Positions 13,817 to 28,714 of a stretch of DNA of 64,000 nucleotides are shown here, piece after piece. The first letter of the stretch is position 1. Each line of letters starts with the position of its first letter. Both the position numbers and the translations under genes were made by a program. Source of the DNA: Eledone cirrhosa (lineage: Eukaryota); the NCBI GenBank assembly GCA_964016885.1, contig OZ024743.1, positions 201,438,001-201,502,000 on the forward strand. The letters run 5' to 3'. The notes below the pieces were generated by a model. The model saw nothing but the letters and a program-made list of their open reading frames with translations, did no database searches and was not told the DNA's origin.

Positions 13817-15745
13817 GGCGTAGTGACGCTGATAAGGAAAGACGAGAACAAGAGGGACACACTAGATAATTTCAGGCCCATAACCCTGCTCAACACAGAG
13901 TTTAAGATTTTGGCCAAGGTGTTAGCGAAAAGGTTGGCGCTTGTCGTCAAAGATTTGGTTGGGGAGGCGCAAACTTGCGCAATCCCGACCAGGTCCATAC
14001 ACGACAACCTCCACCTCATGCGATACATCATAGAGATGGTTGGGTGCAAACCTGGCTTCGGTGGGGCTCTGATCAATTTAGATCAATCGAAAGCATTCGA
14101 TAGGGTCGACCATCGGTACTTGGAGGCTGTCCTCGAGGCGGCTGGCTTCGGCCCCGTCTTCAGAAGCTGGATCGCTGCAATGTACAGCGGCATCTGCTCG
14201 GTGGTCAAAGTTAATGGCCACCTCTCGGAACCGTTTCAGATCTCTCGATCGGTCCGTCAAGGGTGCCCTCTCTCCTCACTTCTGTACGTATTGACTCTTG
14301 AGCCTCTACTGCGGAAGCTGGAGTTGTTGCAGGGCATCCCGCTCGAACCGGGACGCAGAAAGGCTGCGTCCGCTTATGCGGACGACATCACCGTGATGGT
14401 GTCGGACACCTCGGAAATCGAGGTGATCCGCACCCATTTGGAGGAATATGAAAGGTTGACGGGAGCAAAACTTAACCCGGAAAAGTCGGTGGGCTTGCAG
14501 CTCGGCACCTGGAGAGGCAAGTCCATGCCGTCCAACAGCGTCGTTGGGCGCTGGACAGACGGACCGGTAAAGTTGCTCGGGGTTTGGTTCGGACCAGACC
14601 TCCAGGTGGATAAGAATTGGGACGAGGTGACGAGCAGGATAGCCAACCTCACCCAGAAATGGGCTGAGAGAAAGCTATCACTGAAAGGGCGGGCGGAGGT
14701 GGCGAACGCGTACATCGCGTCCGTCATCTACTACCGCCTGACCGTCGTGCCTTGCCCCCGTCCACGCCTCGCCAATTTGGAACGGCTCCTTTTCAAATTT
14801 TTGTGGAGGGGACGGGTCCCGTTGGTGAGGCGGTCCATCTGCTGCCAGCACCCTCTTCGTGGAGGGCTGGGCATGCCGTGGCTAATGATGCGCAGACATG
14901 CGCTGAGGCTGCGACATCTCCAGATATTTTGCCTAAACGGTGAACAGGTGTGGTCGCCGTTTGTTAGACGGGCCTTTCCGCAGCTCATCTCTTTGACTGA
15001 GCTGCAGTCCTGGGTCAAGAAGAGACCGAGACTGGGCGACGGGCATCTGGAATGTTGCCAGGCGCTCACTGCACTCTGCAAGGTGGGCAATGCGGTCAGT
15101 GGAACTTCCACTCAAGATTTCTATAGAGGATTAGTGGAGGGCAAGTGCGATGACGTACTAGGAGAGGTTCTGGGCGTCAAAGAAGTAGAACTGACCAGTA
15201 TGTTCCGGAGGACTTTCGAGCCGGGGACGATGGATAACTTCCAGAAATCCCTCGCTTGGCAGTGCTACCGGGGGGCGCTGCCGGTTCGGGATAAACTCTA
15301 CAGGCACGGAAGTGCTGTCAGGCGAACCTGCCCGAGATGCGCGCAGAGCGACGAAACCGTTCTGCACGCACTCGTCCAGTGTCCGTGCATTGCTGACTTG
15401 TGGGGTTATGTCGAACAGCTATTGTCGCGTGTAGAACGGATCCGGCTATCGTCCGAGTCCATAGTGAAGATTGACCCGCCGCCTTCTTTTGGTCAGGAAG
15501 GGCAGGCAATTTTCCTCTGCCTGGTGGCAGTAGCGAAAGAGGTTGCATGGTGGACCAGGTTGAAAGCACTGAAGACAGACACTTTTCTCTTCGGCCAATC
15601 CCTCATCAACTTCTTCAAGTTTCACTTGGAAAGGAAGGTGAGGGTGGAGAGAGAAGTGCTGCCCCCCAGTACATTTACTGAAAGGTGGGTGAATGTGGCA
15701 AGAATGGCCCGCGTGAGTGGGCCTACTCTGATCATGCGCCTGTAG
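13816..15745 (+). pseudogene. LINE ORF2 C-terminal part: reverse transcriptase and CCHC finger
   Basis: NFRPITLLN, LDQSKAFDRV, VRQGCPLS, YADD and CPRCAQSDETVLHALVQC; out of frame with the N-terminal part because of an internal deletion. Confidence 0.92.
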
Positions 15746-16752
15746 GCTGGTGAATTCGAGAAGGAGAGGGGTGCCCTTCCCGGGTGCCCTAGGAGCGTCG
15801 GGTGGCTCAGGACTGGTGGGGTGCTTGAGTCAACCCTGGGTGGTGATCCCTCTTATTGGGGAACTTTCATTGTTGTACTTTTATTGTTATTTTGTTTTTT
15901 TGTTATTTATACTTACTCGATCTCTATGTAAACCCCCACTGTCCCTGTCTATTGTGTTGTCCCCTATATGTCGGCCCTTGTGGCCAATAAATGAAATCAT
16001 TATTATTATTATTATTTATAGTAGTAGTAGATGTAGTAGATGTAGAATTGTTTGTACATCAGACAAAACGTCTTGAGGTAATTAGTACAGCTCTTTAGAG
16101 TGAGTTCAAAACCAAGCAAGGTCAACTTTATCTTCTGTTCATCTGAGGTTGATAAAATAAATAAAAAAATACCAGTCAATCGACTGTTCTCCCCCTCCCC
16201 TTACAAATGTCTGGCCTTGTGCTTATGTTAGAAATTATTATTGTTGTTGGTGGTGGAGTTGTTTAATTATTGTTTTTTTTTTAGATATTAACTTGCTTGG
16301 AGCCTTTCATAATCCACAGAAGCCTCCTGTGTAACCCGATTTGGTAGTGAAAAATTATTAAGAGCAGTTTAGGTAATTTAAGACATGGGTATTCCAATGG
16401 GAATCAACGAATGTTTCAAAAAACATAAAATCATTAAGAAAAAAAGTTGCTTTAAAGGAGATGCTAGAAAAAGGACACAGCAGGGGTAGGTGTGTGAGAA
16501 ATGGTTTTTAGTGGCACAGCATATCAATCTGAGTTGAGCTATTAAGGAACCTGAGAATTTTGGGAAAATGGTCTTTATTCTTTAGATTAAAAGGGCAATG
16601 GATTTGGAGGTTAGTAGAAATATGTAACAAACTAATGAATATTGGACCATTATATATCCATTGAGTCATAATTGTTTTCTAAATTTTGTCTGATAAAAAA
16701 AAACCCAGAAGGTTTGGTACCCAGCAGAGACGTATGTGTGTGTATGTATATA

Positions 16753-16920
16753 TCATCATCATCATCATAACCGTTTTACGTACGTTCTTCCATGCTAGCA
16801 TGGGTTAGACGGGTTGTCCTGTTGTGGGCAGAAGCTGGTCGGATGACCATGCCTTGCTCATACGGGAACTGATTCTGGCTTGATTTCTACAGCTGGATGC
16901 CCTTCCTAACACCAACCTCA

Positions 16921-16922
<2 letters not shown>
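16753..16922 (-). mobile_element. RTE family B 3' tail fragment
   Basis: Reverse complement of 52085-52250. Confidence 0.8.
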
Positions 16923-16973
<51 letters not shown>

Positions 16974-17324
16974 CTCTAATAAAGCAGCAAATAAGTTAAT
17001 TAAAAGAACAATGAAGGGGGGGGGGACAAAAAAACAAAAAGAAAGAGAAAGAAATATAGATAGAAAGTACTAGAGATAAAGATAGGCATAGAGAGAGAGA
17101 TAAAAAGAAGATAACATATATATATAGCAGATTTTTTACTTTCGATATAATTGACAGCCAACTATTGCTGTCACTACTACCACCATCACCACAATCATTA
17201 CCACCATCACAACATCCACTGTGACCACCATCACCACAATGACAATGTTGATAATGACACCCTCAACCCCACTACATCCCTTCTATAACAGCAAATCACC
17301 CACTCTCACCAACACCACTAATAA

Positions 17325-17530
17325 TTGCACAAGGCCAGCAATTTGAAAAGGAGGGCAAATTCAATGAAATCGACCCCAGTATGTAACTGGTACTTTATTT
17401 TATCGACCCCTGTTAGGATGAAATACAAAGCTAACCTTGGTGTGATTTGAACTTATAACATAAAGGGTCATAACTCTATGCCACAAAGCATGTTGTCCGA
17501 AAATCTAGCGACACTGACAATCCACTGCTC
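17325..17530 (-). mobile_element. SINE family A
   Basis: Matches the family core and B-box. Confidence 0.7.
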
Positions 17531-17761
17531 TGAATAATACAACCGCAACATTCACCACCAGATAGCACCACCATCTCCCTCACAACAACCTGATATTATC
17601 ATGAATAACTATATCCTAATGACCCCCACCACAAGACCCCCCACCCCTACATTTCCACCTCCAGCATCACTAGCCCCTACTTCCAATCACCCTCCATCTC
17701 AACTGCTACCACCACCACCACCACCACCACTACCAATACAACCTAACATTATCACCAAACG

Positions 17762-17942
17762 ATTGGCAGTATCGGTAGAGGGTCGGACGCCATGCTTTCC
17801 AGCATAGTTACGTCCCTTTACGATCTGAGTTCAAATCACGCCGAGGTTGACTTTGCCTTTCATCCTTACGGGGTCGATAAAATAAAGTACCAGTAAGGCA
17901 CTGGGTAATTGCTGGCCTTGTGCCTAAAGTAGAAACAATTAT
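17762..17942 (+). mobile_element. SINE family A
   Basis: Near-identical to 10077-10255. Confidence 0.85.
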
Positions 17943-18010
17943 CACCAAACATTTCTCCACAATAACTACCACCAGCAGACCCCGCCTATTCCTACCTCCC
18001 CAATACCTGT

Positions 18011-20418
18011 CCACCACCACCACTACCACCATTACCACCACTACCACCACCACCACTACCACTGCCACCACCACCACCACCACTACCACCACCACCACTA
18101 CCACCATTACCACTACCACCATTACCACTACCACCACCATCACTACCACCATTACCACTACCACCACCACCACTACCACCACCACCACTACCACCACCAC
18201 CACCACCACTGCCACCACCGCCACCACTACCACCACCACCACTACCACCACTACCACCACCACCACTACCACCACCACTACCACCACCACTACCACCATT
18301 ACCACTACCACCACCACCACTACCACCATTACCACCACCACCACTACCACCATTACCACTACCACCACCACCACCACCACTACCACCACCACCACCACTA
18401 CCACCACCACCATCACTACCACCATTACCACTACCACCACCACTACCACCATTACCACCACCACCATCACCATTACCACCACCACCACTACCACCACCAC
18501 CACCACTACCACTACCACCACTACCACCACCTCTACTACCACCACCACCACCACCACCACTACCACCACCACCACCACCACCACCACCACCACCACCACC
18601 ATTACCACTACCACCACCACCACCACTACTACCACCACTACCACCACCACCACTACCACCACCACCACTACCACTACCACCACTACCACCATTACCACCA
18701 CCACCACTACCACCATTACCACTACCACCACCACCACTACCACTACCACCACCACCACCACCACTACCACCATTACCACCACCACCACTACCACCACCAC
18801 TACCACCACCACCACTACCACCACTACCACCACCACCATCACCATTACCACCACCACCACTACCACCACCACCACCACTACCACTACCACCACTACCACC
18901 ACCTCTACTACCACCACCACCACCACCACCACTACCACCACCACCACCACTACCACCACCACTACCACCACCACCACTACCACCACCACTACTACCGCCA
19001 CCACCACCACTACCACTACCACCACTACCACCACCACCACCACCACTACCACCACTACCACTACCACCACTACCACCACCACCACCACCACCACCACCAC
19101 CACCACCACCATCACCACCACCACCACCACCACCACCGCCACCACCACCACTACCACCACCACCACCACTACTACCACCACCACCACCACCACCACCACC
19201 ACCACCACCATCACCACCACCACCACCACCACCACTACCACCACCACCACCACCACCACCACTACCACCACCACCACCACCACCACTACCACCACCACCA
19301 CCACCACCACCATCACCACCACCACCACTACCACCACCACCACCACCACCACCACCACCACCACCACTACCACCACTACCACCACCACCACCACTACCAC
19401 CACCACCACCACCACCACCACCACCACCACCACCACCACCACCACCACCACTACCACCACTACCATTACCACCACTACCACTACCACCACCACCACCACC
19501 ACCACTACCACCACTACCACCACTACCACTACCCCCACCCCCACCACCACCACTACTACCACCACCACCACTACCACCACTACCACTACCACCACCACCA
19601 CTACCACCACCACCACCACCACCACCACCACCACCACCACCACCACCACCATCACCACCACCACCACTACCACCACCACCACCACCACCACCACCACCAC
19701 CATCACCACCACCACCACCACCACCACCACCACCACTACCACCACTACCACTACCACCACTACCACTACCACCACTACCACCACCACCACCACCACCACC
19801 ACTACCACCACTACCACTACCACCACCACCACCACCACCACTACCACCACCACTACTACCGCCGCCACCACCACTACCACTACCACCACTACCACCACCA
19901 CCACCACCACCACCACCACTACCACCACTACCACCACTACCACTACCCCCACCCCCACCCCCACCACTACCACCACCACCACCACTACCACCACTACCAC
20001 TACCACCACCACCACTACCACCACCACCACCACCACCACCACCACCACCACCACCACCACCACCACCACCATCACCACCACCACCACTACCACCACCACC
20101 ACCACCACCACCACCACCACCACCACCACCACTACCACCACTACCACTACCACCACTACCACTACCACCACTACCACCACCACCACCACCACCACCACTA
20201 CCACCACTACCACTACCACCACCACCACCACCACCACTACCACCACCACTACTACCGCCGCCACCACCACTACCACTACCACCACTACCACCACCACCAC
20301 CACCACCACCACCACTACCACCACTACCACTACCACCACTACCACCACTACCACCACCACCACCACCACTACCACCACCACCACCACCACCACTACCACC
20401 ACCACCACCACCACTACC
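18011..20418. repeat. 2.4 kb (ACC/ACT)n trinucleotide array
   Basis: Uninterrupted 3 nt phase; produces the artefactual poly-T, poly-V and poly-G/S ORFs. Confidence 0.98.
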
Positions 20419-20587
20419 CAGGTTGACACCCCACCCTACTCCTACCTTGGTGGGTTGAATATTATCTCTGCTTAATGAAGCAATAAAATACAAGTAAAAT
20501 TCTTGTTTGTAGTTTTATTTGATTATCTTCTCCTCCCCTCCACACTAAATCATACGCAACACCACCACCACGCCTTTTATTCCAGCC

Positions 20588-22735
20588 ATACACATAGACA
20601 CATATACATGCACAAACATAGACACACACACATATACATGCACAAACATAGACACACACACATATACATGCACAAATATAGACACACACATATATACATG
20701 CACAAACATAGACACACACACATATACATGCACAAACATAGACACACACACATATACATGCACAAACATAGACACACACACATATACATGCACAAATATA
20801 GACACACACATATATACATGCACAAACATAGACACACACACATATACATGCACAAACATAGACACACACACATATACATGCACAAACATAGACACACACA
20901 TATATACATGCACAAACATAGACACACACACATATACATGCACAAACATAGACACACACATATATACATGCACAAACATAGACACACACACATATACATG
21001 CACAAACATAGACACACACATATATACATGCACAAACATAGACACACACATATATACATGTACAAACATAGACACACACACATATACATGCACAAACATA
21101 GACACACACACATATACATGCACAAACATAGACACACACATATATACATGCACAAACATAGACACACACACATATATACATGCACAAACATAGACACACA
21201 CATATATACATGCACAAACATAGACACACACATATATACATGTACAACCATAGACACACACACATATACATGCACAAACATAGACACACACATATATACA
21301 TGCACAAACATAGACACACACACATATATACATGCACAGACATAGACACACACATATATACATGCACAAACATAGACACACACATATATACATGCACAAA
21401 CATAGACACACACACATATACATGCACAAACATAGACACACACACATATACATGCACAAACATAGACACACACACATATACATGCACAAACATAGACACA
21501 CACACATATACATGCACAAACATAGACACACACATATATACATGCACAAACATAAACACACACATATATACATGCACAAACATAGACACACACACATATA
21601 CATGCACAAACATGGACACACACATATATACATGCACAAACATAGACACACACATATATACATGCACAAACATAGACACACACATATATACATGCACAAA
21701 CATAGACACACACATATATACATGCACAAACATAGACACACACATATATACATGCACAAACATAGACACACACATATATACATGTACAACCATAGACACA
21801 CACACATATACATGCACAAACATAGACACACACACATATACATGCACAAACATAGACACACACATATATACATGCACAAACATAGACACACACACATATA
21901 CATGCACAAACATAGACACACACACATATACATGCACAAACATAGACACACACACATATACATGCACAAACATAGACACACACATATATACATGTACAAA
22001 CATAGACACACACACATATACATGCACAAACATAGACACACACATATATACATGCACAAACATAGACACACACACATATACATGCACAAACATAGACACA
22101 CACACATATACATGCACAAACATAGACACACACACATATACATGCACAAACATAGACACACACATATATACATGCACAAATATAGACACACACACATATA
22201 CATGCACAAACATAGACACACACATATATACATGCACAAACATAGACACACACACATATACATGCACAAACATAGACACACACATATATACATGCACAAA
22301 CATAGACACACACACATATACATGCACAAACATAGACACACACACATATACATGCACAAACATAGACACACACATATATACATGTACAAACATAGACACA
22401 CACACATATACATGCACAAACATAGACACACACATATATACATGCACAAACATAGACACACACACATATACATGCACAAACATAGACACACACATATATA
22501 CATGCACAAACATAGACACACACACATATACATGCACAAACATAGACACACACACATATACATGCACAAACATAGACACACACATATATACATGCACAAA
22601 CATGGACACACACACATATACATGCACAAACATAGACACACACATATATACATACACAAACATAGACACACACATATATACATGCACAAACATAGACACA
22701 CACATATATACATGCACAAACACAGATACACACAC
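20588..22735. repeat. 30 bp minisatellite (catgcacaaacatagacacacacaYatata), about 70 copies
   Basis: Strict 30 nt period with two 2-nt phase shifts near 21170 and 21320. Confidence 0.98.
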
Positions 22736-22801
22736 ACACAAACACACACACACTTATATATATATATACATATACAGACACACACACACATATATATACA
22801 G

Positions 22802-22835
<34 letters not shown>

Positions 22836-23006
22836 GACACACACACATACAGACACACACACACAAACACAGACACACATAAGCGGACGTAAAATGTTGA
22901 TGATGATGATGAGGATGATGATGATGAGGATGAGGATGATGACACATACAGACATACACACAGACACATACATACATGCACAAATAGAGTCACACACACA
23001 CACATG

Positions 23007-23040
<34 letters not shown>

Positions 23041-23324
23041 TAAACAAGCGCACATACACACATACATAAATATGCACACATATGCATATATAGACACCTC
23101 ATACAGAAACTCATGCACACATACATGCCCACACATATATCCATATGTCCACACACATGTGCTGAAGCCTTTAACACTCTTCTAATGGTCTCCCCTACCT
23201 CTACCCTCACCCTGTCTTTTAGAAGCAGAATAACTAGAAATCATTAACCTTCATTTATAAAGTATAGTGGACATCATACACACACACATACACACACACC
23301 ACACACACATATATATATATAAAT

Positions 23325-23388
23325 GTACATACATACACACACACACATATATATATATATATGTACATAAATACACACACACACTCAC

Positions 23389-23419
<31 letters not shown>

Positions 23420-23702
23420 TAAATACACACACACACTCACATATATATATATATATATATGTACATAAATACACACACACACTCACATATATATATATAT
23501 ATATATGTACATAAATACACACACACACTCACATATATATATATATATGTACATAAATACACACACACACTCACACATATATATATATATGTACATAAAT
23601 ACACACACACACTCACATATATATATATATATATATGTACATAAATACACACACACACTCACATATATATATATATATGTACATAAATACACACACACAC
23701 TC

Positions 23703-23733
<31 letters not shown>

Positions 23734-23793
23734 TAAATACACACACACACTCACATATATATATATATATGTACATAAATACACACACACACT

Positions 23794-23829
<36 letters not shown>

Positions 23830-24056
23830 TAAATACACACACTCACATATATATATATATATGTACATAAATACACACACACACTCACATATATATATAT
23901 ATATATATATATGTACATAAATACACACACTCACATATATATATATATATGTACATAAATACACACACACACTCACATATATATATATATATATATGTAC
24001 ATAAATACACACACTCACATATATATATATATGTACATAAATACACACACACACTC

Positions 24057-24087
<31 letters not shown>

Positions 24088-24458
24088 TAAATACACACAC
24101 ACACTCACATATATATATATATATGTACATAAATACACACACACACTCACATATATATATATATATATATATATGTACATAAATACACACACACACTCAC
24201 ATATATATATATATATGTACATAAATACACACACACACTCACATATATATATATATATATATGTACATAAATACACACACACACTCACATATATATATAT
24301 ATATGTACATAAATACACACACACACTCACATATATATATATATATGTACATAAATACACACACACACTCACATATATATATATATATATATGTACATAA
24401 ATACACACACACACTCACATATATATATATATATGTACATAAATACACACACACACTC

Positions 24459-24489
<31 letters not shown>

Positions 24490-24639
24490 TAAATACACAC
24501 ACACACTCACATATATATATATATATATGTACATAAATACACACACACACTCACATATATATATATATATATATATATGTACATAAATACACACACTCAC
24601 ATATATATATATATATGTACATAAATACACACACACACT

Positions 24640-24677
<38 letters not shown>

Positions 24678-24945
24678 TAAATACACACACTCACATATAT
24701 ATATATATATGTACATAAATACACACACACACTCACATATATATATATATATATATATGTACATAAATACACACACTCACATATATATATATATGTACAT
24801 AAATACACACACACACTCACATATATATATATATATGTACATAAATACACACACCCACTCACATATATATATGTACATAAATACACACACACACTCACAT
24901 ATATATATATATGTACATAAATACACACACACACTCACATATATA
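23325..24945. repeat. Variable-length (~38-54 bp) minisatellite gtacataaat(ac)n-tcac(at)n
   Basis: Constant anchors with variable internal microsatellite lengths; roughly 35-40 units. Confidence 0.95.
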
Positions 24946-24946
24946 C

Positions 24947-25072
24947 ATTTTCTAAGGAGGGTAAAATTCCCGAGATCCATGGACGAGTTCTCTCCAGCGG
25001 TCTCTGTCCTTCATTATCGCTGCCATGTCCTGCGTCTCCAATAGACCAGTGTCTGTCCTTAGGGCATCAACA
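24947..25072 (-). mobile_element. RTE LINE extreme 3' fragment
   Basis: [26 protein letters not shown], a typical RTE C-terminus. Confidence 0.65.
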
Positions 25073-25287
25073 TATATACATATACATATATATACACATT
25101 TACATATATATACATATATATATATACACACATATATATATATATACACACATATATATATATATATATACACACATATATATGCACACATATATAGACA
25201 CACATATATATACATACACACACACACAGACATATATATATATATATATATATATACACATTTACATATATATACATATATATATAT

Positions 25288-25328
<41 letters not shown>

Positions 25329-25707
25329 TATATGCACACATATATAGATACACATATATATACATACACACACACCCACATATATATATATATATACACA
25401 TATACAAATATATATACATATACACATATATATACATACATATGCATATATATATATACATACATATGCATATGTATACATATACATACACACACATACA
25501 TATAAATATGTGTGTATGCCTATATGTGCAAAAACAAGGAATAATATATATAATCAATAAGACTACAAAAATCAACAACAAAACTTGTCAATAATTATAT
25601 AAAGTCTATAATAAGACAATAAAAATATAAGAATGTAGCTTAGGAAATACAAAATATATATAAACTTATGTGGTTAGAATGTCTCAATGTATGAGGAAAG
25701 AATTACT

Positions 25708-26023
25708 GGACAGATTTTACTAGCAGAGACTCAGAGGTGGACCCAGAGCAAGATGTTTGGATAACATCCATGAGGTTTGCTGGTTTTTTGGGGGGATCCA
25801 GCTGAATCAGTTGGAGACAGTTGCTTATGATAGAACCTATCGGAAGGAGTGTTTGCGGACTCTGCCCCCACGAACCTCTTAAGAATAAGTGGACGATGAA
25901 GAAAAAAAGAACAAGAAGAAAAAGAAAAAGAAAAAGAAAAAGAAAAAGAAAAAGAAAAAGAAAAAGAAAAAGAAAAAGAAAAAGAAAAAGAAAAAGAAAA
26001 AAGAAAATGAAAAAGAAAAAGAA

Positions 26024-26090
<67 letters not shown>

Positions 26091-26100
26091 AAGAAGAGGA
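25708..26100 (+). mobile_element. Degenerate RTE 3' end followed by (GAAAAA)n, (AAT)n and (AAG)n
   Basis: Homologous to 45174-45340. Confidence 0.6.
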
Positions 26101-28714
26101 AGATAGTAACTTAATGTAATGTTCTTATATAAAATTATTTTGGAAGATTTTTTAGTGAATTGGCCATAGGGTTATTTACTCCAGTAAATACCACTACATG
26201 CCAACCACTAATTTAATTTGTTTAGAAGATGTAAAAGAAATGACGATGTAGTAACTGAAACATGAATGAATACTTCGGAAAAGTGTATCAGTAACGATTT
26301 GCATTTATTGAAGTAGCTTGTTACAATTTTGGTAGTGAAACGTACCTCGTGCCATGATGTGGTGTAATCCTGAGGTATAGGATAGGATTAGAAAAGTTTA
26401 GCATCTGTGCTTGGTGTGGTCAGTTCTAGAGCCGTTGGTGAAAGAGAGATAGATTGTCCTTTGCTCCTTCTTTTATAATCTCTGAAACGGAAGTTCAAGG
26501 AGCATTCTAGAAATTCTACGGGAAGTAACTTTGGCTACTTCCTTTTGTCTAGAGAGCGCTACAATTTTAATTTAAATTGGAAACCTCTAAAATGGGTGAT
26601 TTTATTTCATAGAACCAGAGCCAGTTTTGGCCGGGTTGGTAACTAAAGAGTTAAATATATGATTAAACATATAATAATTCCCTATGATCAATAAATATAT
26701 TCCTAAACATCAGTGTTATGTTACAGGGCTGTGGAAATAACCAAAGCAGTGGAGGTAGTCATAGGGGATTATAGGTCAATGTGTGAGTGTGGGCTCCGTA
26801 GTAGAAAATGTAGGCTTAGTAATTTTATTAGTATGGTCAGAGAACGAAACTGTAAGCAGTCTTAAAGCTGATGAGTGTATTTGAATGTTTGTGGTCTCCT
26901 CTCATCCATTTTATTCCTCTCTCCTTTCTTCCTGTCAATTCTTTGACCCAACTCACTTCTAGACACTGATTTCTGTCCTTTGAGGTAATATTTTACCCAA
27001 CGCTGCTTCGATGGCATTTTGCCGTTTTAACAGCTTCCTTACACCAAGTTTTCCCATTTTCCTACAATTCTAATACACTCACATCTCAAACTTGATGTTC
27101 GAGTTCATTTTGTTTATAAAAGCAAGATTGGTCAGCTAACCAAATTGTAAGTTGAAATTACTTTATTTCGGGAAAATGGCTACACTCTGTTGAGCTAACC
27201 TAAAGCAATAAATACCCAGGTACTGGCTCTGAGTAGCATGTTATTAGAGTGCATATCTCAATTAATTGTTTCTACTTTTGGCACAAGGCCAGCAATTATG
27301 CAGTGTATTACTGGTACTTTATTTTATCGACCCCGTAAGGATGAAAGGCAGAGTCAACCTTGACGGGATTTGAACTCAATGAGATAACATTTGTAAGCAT
27401 GGTTGTGATGTGGATTAGGATGCTTGAGTATGTTGGTAATATCACCACCACATCATTGTCTATTCCTGCCTGATGATGACAGATGAAAGTGATGATGATG
27501 ATAGTTGGTGTTGATGGTGGTGGTTGTGGGTGAGAAAATGACAATTATGAAAGCAACAAAGTCAATAATGATGATAGAGATGGTGATGATTTCAAGGATA
27601 GTGGTGTTATTGTTTATCATCATCATCATCATCATCGCCATCATAATTTTATAAGGATAAATGATGTTGTTGATCCTCTACATCATCATCATCACTATCA
27701 CTATTGCCATCATCATCATCATCATCATCACTGTTCTATCCAGAGGACAGATTATAGCGAGTTATTTGATGTTATTGACACAATGTGTGCAAGACAAAGC
27801 ACCTGCTTTTCTGCCAGAAGATATTTTACATTGTAACAAGAGTAAAAGAAAGAAAAGAATTTTCAAATATGAAATACTTAATGAAAGATCATTATGTAGT
27901 ATGCTTGCATTTATATATATTTATATATATTTATTTAGTTATTAAAATAACAGATTAAAGTTCAAGCAAGGAATCGCTGCTTTCATCCTTAACGAGATCT
28001 TCTGAAAAAGAAACAAACACATACACACACATATATATAAACTAAATATATAAAACTAGTTACAGATCATTTAGCAATGCAAACCACCTCAATTTTGCTT
28101 GAGATTAAGGACACTGCTTTTTCTTCTCTACTTTGGATTTTGTGAGCTGGATTAGCTTGGATGCTGGCTCAAGGACAATGCAGCAGTCTTCAGGCTTTTT
28201 GTTTTTCATCTAGATATATTGCCAACCAAGGCCAAAAAGCAACTATCTACTCTTGAGATGAGCTATCAAGTGCCAGACAGCAACGTGGTATTTTAACTCC
28301 ACAGATATGCACTGTTTAATTGGCCGTTGTCTCACATGAGCTCCTCTTCTCATTGACAGGTTTTGTTTGTTATCACACATGATGTCCAAAAAAAACAAAA
28401 ACATTCTCTTCATCAAGCTGGTTTAGTTGCAGATGACCTATCCATGTAACATGTTGTACTGGGTAACATATGACTAGTAGTACTTAAAAGTAACCTGGCA
28501 TATAAAAAGGGGGTCAAAATGGGGATTGCAAATTAGCCCCCCCCCCCCCCCCCCCCCAAATATGTGCCATAATGACATCGGATATCAGTAAAGAGCTAAA
28601 AGTAGACAAACAAAACGTTCCTAAAGTCACAGAGTTCAAGTTCATAGGAAGTCTCGGGCCAGATTGTGAATCAAATGTCCTAGAGCCAATACCCATGACA
28701 TCACATGTGTTTGG

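Larger units (their letters stand above)
10278..15997 (+). mobile_element. Near full-length Tx1/L1-clade LINE
   Basis: GC-rich block with 5' UTR, ORF1, APE-RT-CCHC ORF2 and AATAAA at ~15985; (ATT)n on both sides. Confidence 0.93.

Noticed and set aside
17808-23210. Very long ORFs (poly-V, poly-T, poly-GS, MHKHRHTHIY and CVCVY repeats)
   Set aside because: Stop-free only because of simple-repeat composition; open in several frames and on both strands; no splice or domain context.
23325-24945. CRISPR-like regular repeats
   Set aside because: The spacers are only (AC)n/(AT)n length variants; no unique spacers or cas genes; eukaryotic context.
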